From NCBI GenBank assembly GCA_963755915.1, contig CAVWLP010000002.1:3648001-3712000 (forward strand): 64,000 bases of DNA, read 5' to 3'. The notes under the pieces are model-generated. The model was not told where the DNA came from, did no database searches, and worked only from the letters and a program-made list of their open reading frames with translations. Shown in pieces: positions 45,630 through 53,929 of this stretch; position 1 is the first letter of the stretch, and every line of letters starts with the position of its first letter. A program made the position numbers and the translations under genes. Origin of the DNA: an uncultured Phycisphaerales bacterium. Lineage in GTDB: Bacteria; Planctomycetota; Phycisphaerae; Tepidisphaerales; Tepidisphaeraceae.

Positions 45630-48581
45630 TCATCCGGGGCGATCGATGCTCAGCTTGCGCATGCGCCCCTGAAGTGTGGTGCGATTCATCCCCAATCGCT
45701 CGGCCGCTCCACCCTTGCCGCTGATTTTCCACTTTGTCTGTTCCAGGACGTTCAGAATATGCCGGCGTTCCACGTCGGCCAAAGTCGTTTCGCCGCTCTC
45801 CCCCGGCTTCGACGCTTGAGCAGTGCCCGCGACAGCCATCGGCAATTCAACTTCCAACGATCTGCCCCGGCTGATGATCATCCCGCGCTCGATCACATTG
45901 CGCAGCTCGCGAATATTTCCCGGCCAGTCATACTGCTGAAGCGCCGTCATCGTCTTCTGGGGAATCGAACTGATTTTTTTCGCCATCAATTTTGAGAATT
46001 CCCGAACAAATGCTTCGACCAGGCGCGGAATATCCTCGCGCCGATTTCGCAGCGGCGGGACCGCGATGGGAAATACGTTCAAGCGGTAAAAAAGATCGCT
46101 CCGGAATTTGCCCGCTCTGATCGCTTCTTCCAGATTCCGATTGGTTGCAGCTACAACCCGCACGTCTGAACGAAGTGTCTTGTTTCCTCCCACGCGTTCG
46201 AACTCCCGCTCCTGAAGCACGCGCAGAAGCGCGACTTGCGTCTCTTCCGGAAGCTCCCCGATCTCATCCAGAAAGAGCGTTCCGCCCGCGGCCATCTCAA
46301 AGCGCCCCTCGCGCCTTTGCGTGGCCCCCGTAAACGCCCCTTTTTCATGTCCGAACAATTCCGATGCGATCAGCGACGGCGCGATCGCCGCGCAGTTCAC
46401 TCGTATAAACGCGCGACCCGCCCGGCGAGACCTTTTGTGTATCGCCCGCGCAACCAGCTCCTTTCCCGTTCCGGTTTCACCCGTAATCAGCACCGTGGAA
46501 TCGGTCGGCGCAACCTTCACCACGCCTTCAAGGACCTTCTTCAAAGACTTCGATGAGCCGACGATCTCTTCAAACATCGATGCCTGATCGATCTCTTCTT
46601 TCAACGCCACGTTTTCGCGATACAACTCATCCTTGAGCTTCTTGATTTCTTCGTACGCTTCCTCCATCGCCTTCCTGGCGCGGTGCTGCTCCGTTACGTC
46701 CATGAGTGACCCAACGCATTCCAAGTCTTTGGTAGGACTCTCCTCCAAAACCTGCATGACTACGTGAAGGTTCTTGATTGACCCATCCGGCAGAACAATT
46801 CGGTATTCGAGATCCGGAGCGATTCGCTCTTGCGTTATACGAGCAAGCGCCCGGTTTGTGATCTCAAGATCCTCGGGATGCATGCGCTGCATAATCCAGG
46901 CTATCGTGGGTTTGAAGCTGAATGGTTCATATCCGTAAATCCTGAACATCTCCTCCGACCAGATGATCTCCCCGGTCGTGAGATTTAACGCGAAGCTACC
47001 GGTGTGGTTGAGCGACTGAGCCGTCGCCAGGTATGCTTGCCGGCGGCGCAATGCCTCCTCGGCGGCCTTCCGCTTGGTGATGTCAACCACGATGGCCGCA
47101 TACAAAGAACCGGACTCTCCTGCCGACGGAAGCCGCGTCGCATAGCATTCGACCCAGACATCGCTGCCGTTCCTGCGGCGATATCGTTTCTCGTAATAAG
47201 CAGACTCCCGGCGATTTTCGCGAATGTCCCTGTAAATCGCTTCCGACGTCTGAACGTCTTCCGGATGCGTGTACTCGCGCGGATGCATCGTTCGAAGTTC
47301 GCTCTCCGTATATCCCACCATTTTCTGATACGCCTCGTTCGCCGAGACGAAGCGAATGTTCTCGTCGATCAAAACGATACCCACAGCCGAATTCGCAAAC
47401 ACCGCTCGCCACTGCGATTCGCTCTTGCGCAGTGCCGTCGTTAACTGCTCTTGCTCAGTCACATCTATCCCGGTTCCCACAAATCCCCGGCCGCTGGGTC
47501 CCCGGACACCGACGCACCGAACATGCCGAATCGCTCCATCCGGCCGCACAATCCGCTTCGTAAAGTCAAATCCCCGTGGCTCGGACAGCATCTTTTGAAT
47601 TGTTTGCGCCACGAAATCCCGGTCTTCAGGATGCACAAGCGCCAGGTATTCCGCGATATTCGGCGCCTTACGGCCCGGATCCAGTCCGTGTATCTCAAAC
47701 AATTGCGACGACCAATACTCAAAGCCGGTAGAGTTGAAAGCCCAGCTCCCGCTGTGTGCCAGTCGTTGCCCCTGCGAAAGGTAGAACTCGGCCTGCCGGC
47801 GCTCTTCAATGTCGATGCTCGAACCGAACCATTTCACGATCCGGCCGGCCTCGTCGCGAAGCGGCAGTTTCCGATGCAAAACCCAGCGATATTGCCCGTC
47901 AAAACGGCGCACTCGAGATTCGCACTCAAGCGCATTCCCCGACGCGAGGCTCGACCGCCACAGCCTTACCAGTTCGTCGACATCGTCGGGATGGATCTTC
48001 GACATCCAATTCCAACCCTCGATTTCTTGCAGTTGAACCCCCAGATAATCCAGCCAGCCCCGGTTGAAGTAATCCAGGTGTCCGTCAGGCCTGCCGGTAT
48101 GGAGCAGAGCGGGCGTGGTATCGGCCACCAGGCGAATGCTTCGCTCCGCTCGCTTTTGGTCCTCGATGTCGATGGCGGACCCATACCACCTGGTGATTCT
48201 TCCCTTACCATCGCGAATCGGGGCTTCACGGTGCAGTAAAACGCGATATTCGCCATCGGTGCGCCGTACGCGCCCTTCGCTCTCGAAAGGCTCACCGCTG
48301 GCAATTGCCGCGCGCCATTTCGCCAGAAAAACGCCGGCGTCGTCCGGATGAATTCTTTGCGTCCATTTCCATCCGCACACCTCTTCATACGGCGCCCCGA
48401 GAAACGTCAGCCAGCCCTGATTGAAGTAATCGATATACCCATCCGCCCTGGCGCTGTGCAGAAGTGCCGGTGCAGCTTCCACTAAGGCGCGGAAAGAGTC
48501 TTCCTCATTCGAACGAACCTGATCCATGCCGGGCGGCGGTGGTTCGAATGACGGGTATGGTTGTAAGTCGCTTGTGGCCAC
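45630..48581 (-). CDS. Sigma54-dependent activator with multiple PAS domains (FhlA/NtrC-like)
   Basis: About five PAS/PAC repeats (IHPDD, VHPED); GETGTGKE, GAFTGA, LFLDEIGE, WPGNIREL; Fis HTH. Confidence 0.92.
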   Translation of the reverse strand: MATSDLQPYPSFEPPPPGMDQVRSNEEDSFRALVEAAPALLHSARADGYIDYFNQGWLTFLGAPYEEVCGWKWTQRIHPDDAGVFLAKWRAAIASGEPFESEGRVRRTDGEYRVLLHREAPIRDGKGRITRWYGSAIDIEDQKRAERSIRLVADTTPALLHTGRPDGHLDYFNRGWLDYLGVQLQEIEGWNWMSKIHPDDVDELVRLWRSSLASGNALECESRVRRFDGQYRWVLHRKLPLRDEAGRIVKWFGSSIDIEERRQAEFYLSQGQRLAHSGSWAFNSTGFEYWSSQLFEIHGLDPGRKAPNIAEYLALVHPEDRDFVAQTIQKMLSEPRGFDFTKRIVRPDGAIRHVRCVGVRGPSGRGFVGTGIDVTEQEQLTTALRKSESQWRAVFANSAVGIVLIDENIRFVSANEAYQKMVGYTESELRTMHPREYTHPEDVQTSEAIYRDIRENRRESAYYEKRYRRRNGSDVWVECYATRLPSAGESGSLYAAIVVDITKRKAAEEALRRRQAYLATAQSLNHTGSFALNLTTGEIIWSEEMFRIYGYEPFSFKPTIAWIMQRMHPEDLEITNRALARITQERIAPDLEYRIVLPDGSIKNLHVVMQVLEESPTKDLECVGSLMDVTEQHRARKAMEEAYEEIKKLKDELYRENVALKEEIDQASMFEEIVGSSKSLKKVLEGVVKVAPTDSTVLITGETGTGKELVARAIHKRSRRAGRAFIRVNCAAIAPSLIASELFGHEKGAFTGATQRREGRFEMAAGGTLFLDEIGELPEETQVALLRVLQEREFERVGGNKTLRSDVRVVAATNRNLEEAIRAGKFRSDLFYRLNVFPIAVPPLRNRREDIPRLVEAFVREFSKLMAKKISSIPQKTMTALQQYDWPGNIRELRNVIERGMIISRGRSLEVELPMAVAGTAQASKPGESGETTLADVERRHILNVLEQTKWKISGKGGAAERLGMNRTTLQGRMRKLSIDRPG

Positions 48582-48648
48582 GTTCGATCCCGCGCTACGA
48601 TTTCGACATCATCCGGCTTCATCGACTAAAGTCAATTTGTTGTCGTTA

Positions 48649-48891
48649 TTAGTCCCCAATCATCAAATAGCTGGCGGGCACCTTGAGTGATTTTGCCGCT
48701 CTTACCAGCAAATGGGTCGGAATCGTCTGCGTCTTCCGATTGAGAAAATTGAGCAGGCTTGAACGACCCCAGCCGATATCCCCAGCCAGTGTAGCGATGG
48801 TGGAGCCCCGATGTGAATCTTCAATGAGATCGCGGATGCGCTCCGCGATTCCGTCGTAGAAAGCAAGGTCCTCTTTGCTTAGCCGTCCCAA
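48649..48891 (-). CDS. Small XRE-type HTH protein, paralog of the N-terminus of 43981..44967
   Basis: EDLAFYDGIAERI...IGWGRSSLLNFLNR versus EDVAFYDCVAERI...IGWNRPSLCNFINR; start uncertain. Confidence 0.6.
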   Translation of the reverse strand: MGRLSKEDLAFYDGIAERIRDLIEDSHRGSTIATLAGDIGWGRSSLLNFLNRKTQTIPTHLLVRAAKSLKVPASYLMIGD

Positions 48892-49113
48892 GATGCCGTC
48901 TTGATTGAAGTGACTTCTTATGCACTGAAACGATTGGGCACCCAAGCCGGACATGGCGAATGTTGGCAATCCCAACTCGATTCCTTCCCACCTGTTCACT
49001 CTTTTTTCGATCGCAATCTCAATGGCAAGCAACCGAACAAGAATTGTTGTCAATGCCATCATTTTTGAAGGTCGGCAAGCTTGGTCGCTCAATCCGAACT
49101 ATGGTTGATTGAA

Positions 49114-49602
49114 ATGACATCGGACATATTCAGCTTTATCAGCGCTTCCACGGCGCTGATCGCCACGATCGCGGGCCCATATGTGGCGGTGAAAACCGCC
49201 CGCAACCAGATCAAAGCCAGCCTGATTTCCACGAACCGCGCAAGATGGATCGAATCGATGCGAGATCTCGTGGCTTGCGCCATTTCACATTGGACCGGGG
49301 TCATGTATTTGCGCGCAGGCTTGCATAACCGCGACGCCGTTACAATTGCCACAAACTCGGCCCTTTTAAGCCGCATTGAAGGCGGACTTCTAACCAACAG
49401 CAAAATCCGTCTCATGCTCAATCCGAACGAAGCGGAAAGCCAACACTTAATGAAAACCCTCGACGCCGTCGTCGCCTGCCTGCGCTCGGCAGAGGATCAG
49501 GCCACCGTTGAATCGCAGATGCGCGCTCATCTCGACGAAGTCATTCGAATTAGTCAGGCGATTCTCAAAGTCGAATGGATTCGCGTTAAGCTGGGAGATT
49601 GA
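49114..49602 (+). CDS. Hypothetical protein with N-terminal TM
   Basis: Hydrophobic N-terminus followed by a helical body (NRARWIESMRDL, IRLMLNPNE). Confidence 0.55.
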   Translation: MTSDIFSFISASTALIATIAGPYVAVKTARNQIKASLISTNRARWIESMRDLVACAISHWTGVMYLRAGLHNRDAVTIATNSALLSRIEGGLLTNSKIRLMLNPNEAESQHLMKTLDAVVACLRSAEDQATVESQMRAHLDEVIRISQAILKVEWIRVKLGD

Positions 49603-49747
49603 GCCAGTCCCCGATCCCGCTTCCCGGTCAGCGTAACACACATCAAACCCCACCCGAAAAACCGGGCATTCGGCGGCCGATTATGATAAATACTTGCTGG
49701 GCGCTGGGTCGCCGGTTGGCGCACCCTAAAAACGCTAGGAGCAGGCG

Positions 49748-50767
49748 ATGGTTACGAGCGGCAGTTCTGCAACGTCTAAACCCCCCTATCAAGGGAAGCC
49801 CGTTGGGTTTACGCTTGTAGAGCTTCTGGTTGTTATTGGAATCATTGCGATTCTTCTCGGCCTGTTGCTGCCCGTTATTGCCAAGGCCCGCGAGCAGGCC
49901 AACCAGGTCAAATGCATGGCCAATTTGCGCACAATTGGACACGCCATAGCGATGTATGCCTCAGACAACGGCGGTTATCTGCCGTTTGGATTTGTACAGG
50001 TCGGAGAGACCATCGGAAATGGCGGCGTCACCTACTCCGATGTCAGCAATCCAACCGGTGACAAGTCAGATTACGTAGACTGGACCATCCTCATCACCCA
50101 CGAGCTTAGCTCAATAGCGGGCACCAGCAGTCTGAACAACCAGACGACCAGCTCCACCAATCCGGGAGTTCGAGGCTATTTCATTTGTCCCACCGCGCCC
50201 GTCTCGACAGTGAACTGCGATTTTTCAGACTACTCCTGTCACCCCAGGCTTATGCCGGATTTGGGAACGCCCGATTACCTGAATCAGGTCCCCGTCAGCA
50301 GGACCAACCCCGGCTATCTCCCTTATCTAAAGCCCTACAAGCTGGCGCAAATACAACGATCGACCGAAATCGCATTGATCTTCGATGCCTCGGTGGCGTC
50401 TCAATACGGGGCCTTTAACGTCGCGTCGGTTGCCTTTGCGATTGATAATGGAAACGTCTACAACACCCATACAACCTGTCTTTCGGATCAATACGGTTCA
50501 ACGTACAACTCCCAGATGATCGATTCCGGCCAGCCGATTGACCCCTACGCCGGGAAAGAGCCGGCAACGCCCGTCCCCAGCGACTTGAACGCCGACACCA
50601 CCGACAACTGGGGAAACATCCGCTTTCGGCATCTCGGAGAAACCGCGGCCAACGCCCTGATGGTCGACGGCCACGTCGAGGTGTTCCATTTCAATCCGCA
50701 TGAGCCCGCGACGAGCATGACCGACCTGTTGCGAAAGAACATCAACGTCAACCTTTCGACCCCGTAA
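49748..50767 (+). CDS. Prepilin-type N-methylation / H-X9-DG (DUF1559-like) protein
   Basis: [49 protein letters not shown]. Confidence 0.9.
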   Translation: MVTSGSSATSKPPYQGKPVGFTLVELLVVIGIIAILLGLLLPVIAKAREQANQVKCMANLRTIGHAIAMYASDNGGYLPFGFVQVGETIGNGGVTYSDVSNPTGDKSDYVDWTILITHELSSIAGTSSLNNQTTSSTNPGVRGYFICPTAPVSTVNCDFSDYSCHPRLMPDLGTPDYLNQVPVSRTNPGYLPYLKPYKLAQIQRSTEIALIFDASVASQYGAFNVASVAFAIDNGNVYNTHTTCLSDQYGSTYNSQMIDSGQPIDPYAGKEPATPVPSDLNADTTDNWGNIRFRHLGETAANALMVDGHVEVFHFNPHEPATSMTDLLRKNINVNLSTP

Positions 50768-50912
50768 CATGCTCCCGCCGGTTAGCGAATCCCGGCAAGC
50801 GTCTTTCGCTACAAAACCAGCCCATCGGTAGAAATCTCGATTTTTCGCTTGATTTTTCGAATTTATGTGAAACAATTCATGGTCTCAAGACGTTTAGTCG
50901 ATGGAGAAAGCT

Positions 50913-50996
50913 ATGCGGCAACATTGGTATCCAGAAAATATGAGTGAGACAGCCAAACGATGCGGGTCATTCCGCCTCGATTTGGCCAATTTATAA
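50913..50996 (+). CDS. Putative leader peptide MRQHWYPENMSETAKRCGSFRLDLANL
   Basis: GGAG at 50903-50906, ATG 50913, TAA 50994-50996; followed directly by alternative hairpins and the tRNA array. Confidence 0.5.
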   Translation: MRQHWYPENMSETAKRCGSFRLDLANL

Positions 50997-51095
50997 ACTC
51001 CCTGCCGCGTCGGCCGGGAGTTCTTCCCGGCTGAAAGTAATCAACACTTAAATCCGGGACGCAATTGGAAATACAGCCGGGCGCTTGTTGCGTCC
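50996..51095 (+). promoter_or_regulatory. Attenuator-like set of mutually exclusive hairpins
   Basis: 50996-51007/51011-51022 competes with 51011-51020/51024-51033; CCCGGCTG (51026) also matches CAGCCGGG (51074), which lies inside GGACGCAA/TTGCGTCC (51057/51088). Confidence 0.5.
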
Positions 51096-51151
51096 TGCTG
51101 CCAAACAAGAGAGGTCCGCGGAATAACCCCGCGCTGATCCAATCTCGGTTC

Positions 51152-51226
51152 GCGCCTGTAGCTCAATTGGCAAGCAGCGCCGCGCTTACATCGCGGAGGT
51201 TGCTGGTTCAAGTCCAGCCTGGCGCA
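51152..51226 (+). tRNA. tRNA-Val(TAC)
   Basis: Anticodon arm CCGCG-CT TAC AT-CGCGG; T loop TTCAAGT; one acceptor mismatch. Confidence 0.85.
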
Positions 51227-51271
51227 TGAAAGGACAAAGGCCGTGAAAACGCCTGGAAAATCAGGCCTTTT

Positions 51272-51343
51272 ACGCTGTTAGCTCAGAGGCAGAGCACCCG
51301 CCCGATAAGCGGGAGGCCGGAGAGTCGAGACCTCCACGGCGTA
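51272..51343 (+). tRNA. tRNA-Ile(GAT), degenerate T arm
   Basis: CCCGC-CC GAT AA-GCGGG; T arm reads GGAGAGTCGAGACCTCC. Confidence 0.7.
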
Positions 51344-51354
51344 CTGAAAATCTC

Positions 51355-51429
51355 GCACTGGTAGCTCAATCGGATCAGAGCTCCGGTCTACGAAACCGGA
51401 GGTTGAAGGTTCGAATCCTTCCCAGTGCA
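51355..51429 (+). tRNA. tRNA-Arg(ACG)
   Basis: CCGGT-CT ACG AA-ACCGG; canonical arms. Confidence 0.95.
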
Positions 51430-51488
51430 CTGGTGTCGTAAGTGATTGTATCTAATTACGATGTATTTGTGGTTGCTGATAAGGTTTC

Positions 51489-51560
51489 GCACTCGTAGCT
51501 CAACGGCGGAGCCACCGGCTCTTAACCGGTGGGTTGCAGGTTCGAATCCTGCCGGGTGCA
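51489..51560 (+). tRNA. tRNA-Lys(CTT)
   Basis: ACCGG-CT CTT AA-CCGGT. Confidence 0.93.
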
Positions 51561-51614
51561 TGAAAGGAGAATGTCAGATGAATCGGTTCAGGAGAAAACG
51601 GTGCAAATAATTCC

Positions 51615-51689
51615 GCACCGGTAGCTCAACGGAATCAGAGCAACCCTCTTCTAAAGGGTCGGCTGGGGGTTCGAATCCCTCCCGGTGCA
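51615..51689 (+). tRNA. tRNA-Arg(TCT)
   Basis: ACCCT-CT TCT AA-AGGGT. Confidence 0.93.
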
Positions 51690-51701
51690 TGCGGACAGTG
51701 C

Positions 51702-51773
51702 GCACCGGTAGCTCAATGGCAGAGCCGCCGCCTTTTAAGCGGAACCATGCAGGTTCGATTCCTGCCCGGTGCA
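51702..51773 (+). tRNA. tRNA-Lys(TTT)
   Basis: CCGC-CT TTT AA-GCGG. Confidence 0.9.
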
Positions 51774-51789
51774 TGAAGAGAAAAGTTTC

Positions 51790-51864
51790 GGTTCAGTAGC
51801 CCAACCGGCAGAGGCGCCTGACTCAGAATCAGACTTAGTGCAGGTTCGAATCCTGCCTGGACCA
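51790..51864 (+). tRNA. tRNA-Leu(CAG), short variable loop
   Basis: CTGA-CT CAG AA-TCAG; only about 6 nt before the T arm. Confidence 0.85.
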
Positions 51865-51873
51865 TAGAAAAAA

Positions 51874-52111
51874 GTTGCGGTAGCTCAATCGGATTGGCTC
51901 TGTCTCATGAATCATCGCGCGGCCAGACGAAGTGGATTTCGTCCTCGGGCAAGGAGCGACGACGAGCAGTATTGAACGGAAATACGGCGAGGAGGAGCGA
52001 CGCCGGCCGAGGACGAAAGACACGAGTCGGGCCCGCGAGGATTCATGAGACAGAGCCGAGAGCGCGGCTCTCCGAAGGCCGAGGTTGAAGGTTCGATCCC
52101 TTCCCGCGACG
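51874..52111 (+). tRNA. tRNA-Arg(CCG) with ~164-nt hairpin inserted in the D loop
   Basis: GTTGCGG-TA-GCTC-AATCGGAT [51895-52058] A-GAGC-G-CGGCT-CT CCG AA-GGCCG-AGGTT-GAAGG TTCGATC CCTTC-CCGCGAC-G. Confidence 0.85.
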
Positions 52112-52126
52112 TGAAAGAAAAACATT

Positions 52127-52198
52127 GGGCCCGTCGTCTAACGGGAAGACTCCTGGCCTGCAACCAGGAAATGAGGGTTCGATTCCCTCCGGCGTCCA
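52127..52198 (+). tRNA. tRNA-Ala(TGC)
   Basis: CCTGG-CC TGC AA-CCAGG; G3:U70 present; one bulged C in the acceptor stem. Confidence 0.85.
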
Positions 52199-52205
52199 TC
52201 GGATT

Positions 52206-52279
52206 GCTTCGGTAGCCCAACCGGAAGAGGCGCGTGATCGAGGTTCACGTCAGTGCAGGTTCGAGTCCTGCCCGGAGCA
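52206..52279 (+). tRNA. tRNA-Leu(GAG), short variable loop
   Basis: CGTGA-TC GAG GT-TCACG; variable loop TCAGT. Confidence 0.85.
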
Positions 52280-52292
52280 CTGAAAGCGTTTC

Positions 52293-52366
52293 GCCGCGGT
52301 AGCCCAATGGCAGAGGCGGTGGTCTCAAGAACCGTTTGTGTGTGGGTTCAAATCCCACCCGCGGCA
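52293..52366 (+). tRNA. tRNA-Leu(CAA), short variable loop
   Basis: GTGGT-CT CAA GA-ACCGT; variable loop about 6 nt. Confidence 0.85.
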
Positions 52367-52426
52367 TGAAAGGAGAATCCGATGAGTAGCGGCTCATCAC
52401 AAAAAAATAGCGAAGACTCCGATTGC

Positions 52427-52510
52427 GGAGGGTTGGCCGAACGGTAAGGCATCCGTCTCGAAAACGGACATGGCGCACGCGCCTTGGGGGTTCGAATCCC
52501 TCACCCTCCT
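52427..52510 (+). tRNA. tRNA-Ser(CGA)
   Basis: TCCGT-CT CGA AA-ACGGA; long variable arm. Confidence 0.9.
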
Positions 52511-52563
52511 TCCGACTCGCGCAGAGCGCTCGGCCTGCCGTGAGCGAGCGCAGCGAGTCGAAC

Positions 52564-52652
52564 GGAGGGTTGGCAGAGTGGCCTAACGCGCCGGGTTGCT
52601 AACTCGGAAGGCTTTGAAAAGGGCCTCGAAGGTTCGAATCCTTCACCCTCCG
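52564..52652 (+). tRNA. tRNA-Ser(GCT)
   Basis: CCGGG-TT GCT AA-CTCGG; long variable arm. Confidence 0.92.
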
Positions 52653-52719
52653 CTGGATTTTGGGCGGTACGAAAATGGTTCGTCCCGCGAAGTGTTCTTT
52701 GACAATCAGGTGGCGTATT

Positions 52720-52792
52720 GCCGTCATAGCTCAGCGGAATGAGCGTCCGGTTGTCAACCGGAAGGCCATGGGTTCAACCCCCATTGACGGCG
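52720..52792 (+). tRNA. tRNA-Asp(GTC)
   Basis: TCCGG-TT GTC AA-CCGGA. Confidence 0.88.
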
Positions 52793-52797
52793 TTTTT

Positions 52798-52868
52798 GTG
52801 GATTCAGCTCCAAGGTAGAGCGGGGGCCTGAAGAGCCCCAGGGCTTGGTTCGATTCCAGGAGTCCACA
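52798..52868 (+). tRNA. tRNA-Phe(GAA)
   Basis: GGGGC-CT GAA GA-GCCCC. Confidence 0.88.
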
Positions 52869-52878
52869 TTGAAGCGAT

Positions 52879-52949
52879 GCGTCGGTAGTTCAGCGGTCGA
52901 ACACCGCTATGCCAATGCGGAGGCCCGGGTTCTATTCCCGGCCGGCGCA
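52879..52949 (+). tRNA. tRNA-Gly(GCC)
   Basis: CCGC-TAT GCC AAT-GCGG; T loop TTCTATT. Confidence 0.8.
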
Positions 52950-52962
52950 CTGAGATTGACGA

Positions 52963-53034
52963 GCAGTGATAACTCAGCCGGGAGAGTGCCGGTCTTCCAA
53001 ACCGGAGACGTGGGTTCGAATCCCGCTCACTGCA
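52963..53034 (+). tRNA. tRNA-Gly(TCC)
   Basis: CCGGT-CT TCC AA-ACCGG. Confidence 0.9.
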
Positions 53035-53049
53035 TAATGCGAGTTTGAT

Positions 53050-53122
53050 GCCGTGGTAGCTCAAAGGGTAGAGCGGTCGTCTCGTAAACGACAGATCGCC
53101 GGTTCGATCCCGGCCCGCGGCT
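53050..53122 (+). tRNA. tRNA-Thr(CGT)
   Basis: GTCGT-CT CGT AA-ACGAC. Confidence 0.93.
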
Positions 53123-53136
53123 CTTAGGGATATTCT

Positions 53137-53210
53137 GGGTGCGTAGCTCAATGGCGGAGCAGGGGCCTCATAAGCCCAAGGTTGTTGGTTCGAATCCAAC
53201 CGTTCACCCA
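53137..53210 (+). tRNA. tRNA-Met or Ile2 (CAT)
   Basis: GGGC-CT CAT AA-GCCC; two extra nt in the acceptor 3' strand. Confidence 0.8.
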
Positions 53211-53227
53211 TTTTTAGAAACTTTTAT

Positions 53228-53300
53228 ACAGGGATAGTTCAATCGGTAGAACGCTCGGCTCTGAACCGGGTTGCTGGAGGTTCGAATCCTTCTCCCTGAA
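53228..53300 (+). tRNA. tRNA-Gln(CTG)
   Basis: CTCGG-CT CTG AA-CCGGG; unpaired 1:72. Confidence 0.88.
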
Positions 53301-53301
53301 C

Positions 53302-53374
53302 TGAGCCGTAGTTCAATCGGTAGCAATGCCGGTCTTTGAATCCGGCGATCGTGGTTCGAATCCACGCGGCTCAA
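53302..53374 (+). tRNA. tRNA-Gln(TTG)
   Basis: CCGG-TCT TTG AAT-CCGG; U1:A72. Confidence 0.85.
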
Positions 53375-53384
53375 ATACCTTAAT

Positions 53385-53458
53385 ACCTTCGTGGTGGAAT
53401 TGGTACCACACTCGGTTGTTACCCGATGAGATTGCAGGTTCGAATCCTGCCGAAGGTG
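53385..53458 (+). tRNA. tRNA-Asn(GTT)
   Basis: TCGG-TT GTT AC-CCGA; G73. Confidence 0.85.
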
Positions 53459-53460
53459 TT

Positions 53461-53570
53461 AGCGGAGCGAGACGCTCCGCTAGAAGGTAGAAAGTAGAGA
53501 GTAGAAAGTAGACTGAAATCCCGTCTTCCCTACTTTGTACTTTCTACTCTCAACTTTCTCGCGCAGCGCC
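53461..53570. repeat. Palindromic intergenic element with AGTAGA-type repeats
   Basis: AGCGGAGCG-AGA-CGCTCCGCT, then purine-rich arm 53482-53511 complementary to pyrimidine arm 53530-53559; right end matches 28270-28289 in reverse complement. Confidence 0.6.
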
Positions 53571-53642
53571 GCTCTCGTCGTCTAATGGTCAGGATAACCG
53601 GCCTTCAACCGGAGAGTGTGGGTTCGATTCCCTCCGGGAGCA
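53571..53642 (+). tRNA. tRNA-Glu(TTC)
   Basis: CCGG-CC TTC AA-CCGG; D arm GTCT AATGGTC AGGAT. Confidence 0.82.
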
Positions 53643-53656
53643 CTGCAAGTTCAATT

Positions 53657-53730
53657 CAGCGTGTGGCGAAGCTTGGCATCGCGCGTGCCTCGGGCGCACG
53701 AGATCGAAGGTTCGAATCCTTCCACGCTGA
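53657..53730 (+). tRNA. tRNA-Pro(CGG)
   Basis: CGTGC-CT CGG GC-GCACG; C1:G72, A73. Confidence 0.93.
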
Positions 53731-53740
53731 CTGTTTTAGC

Positions 53741-53825
53741 GCGTAGGTCGCATAACTGGCATTGCAGCGGGCTGTAACCCCGCCGACCCAACGGGTTTTT
53801 GGGGGTTCAAATCCCTCCCTACGCA
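53741..53825 (+). tRNA. tRNA-Tyr(GTA)
   Basis: GCGGG-CT GTA AC-CCCGC; long variable arm. Confidence 0.92.
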
Positions 53826-53846
53826 TTGCGGCCAGAGGCCGCGAAC

Positions 53847-53919
53847 GCGCCGGCTGTTCCAGCGGTGGAACGCCCGCCTCCAAATCGGGAAACGGCAGGT
53901 TCGATCCCTGCCCGGCGCT
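53847..53919 (+). tRNA. tRNA-Trp(CCA)
   Basis: CCCG-CCT CCA AAT-CGGG; atypical positions 8-9 and discriminator. Confidence 0.78.
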
Positions 53920-53929
53920 GAAACTTTTT

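Noticed and set aside
51895-52058. The D-loop insert as a hammerhead ribozyme, group I intron or BHB intron
   Set aside because: No CUGANGA core, too short and lacking group I P7 elements, and no clear bulge-helix-bulge at the junctions.
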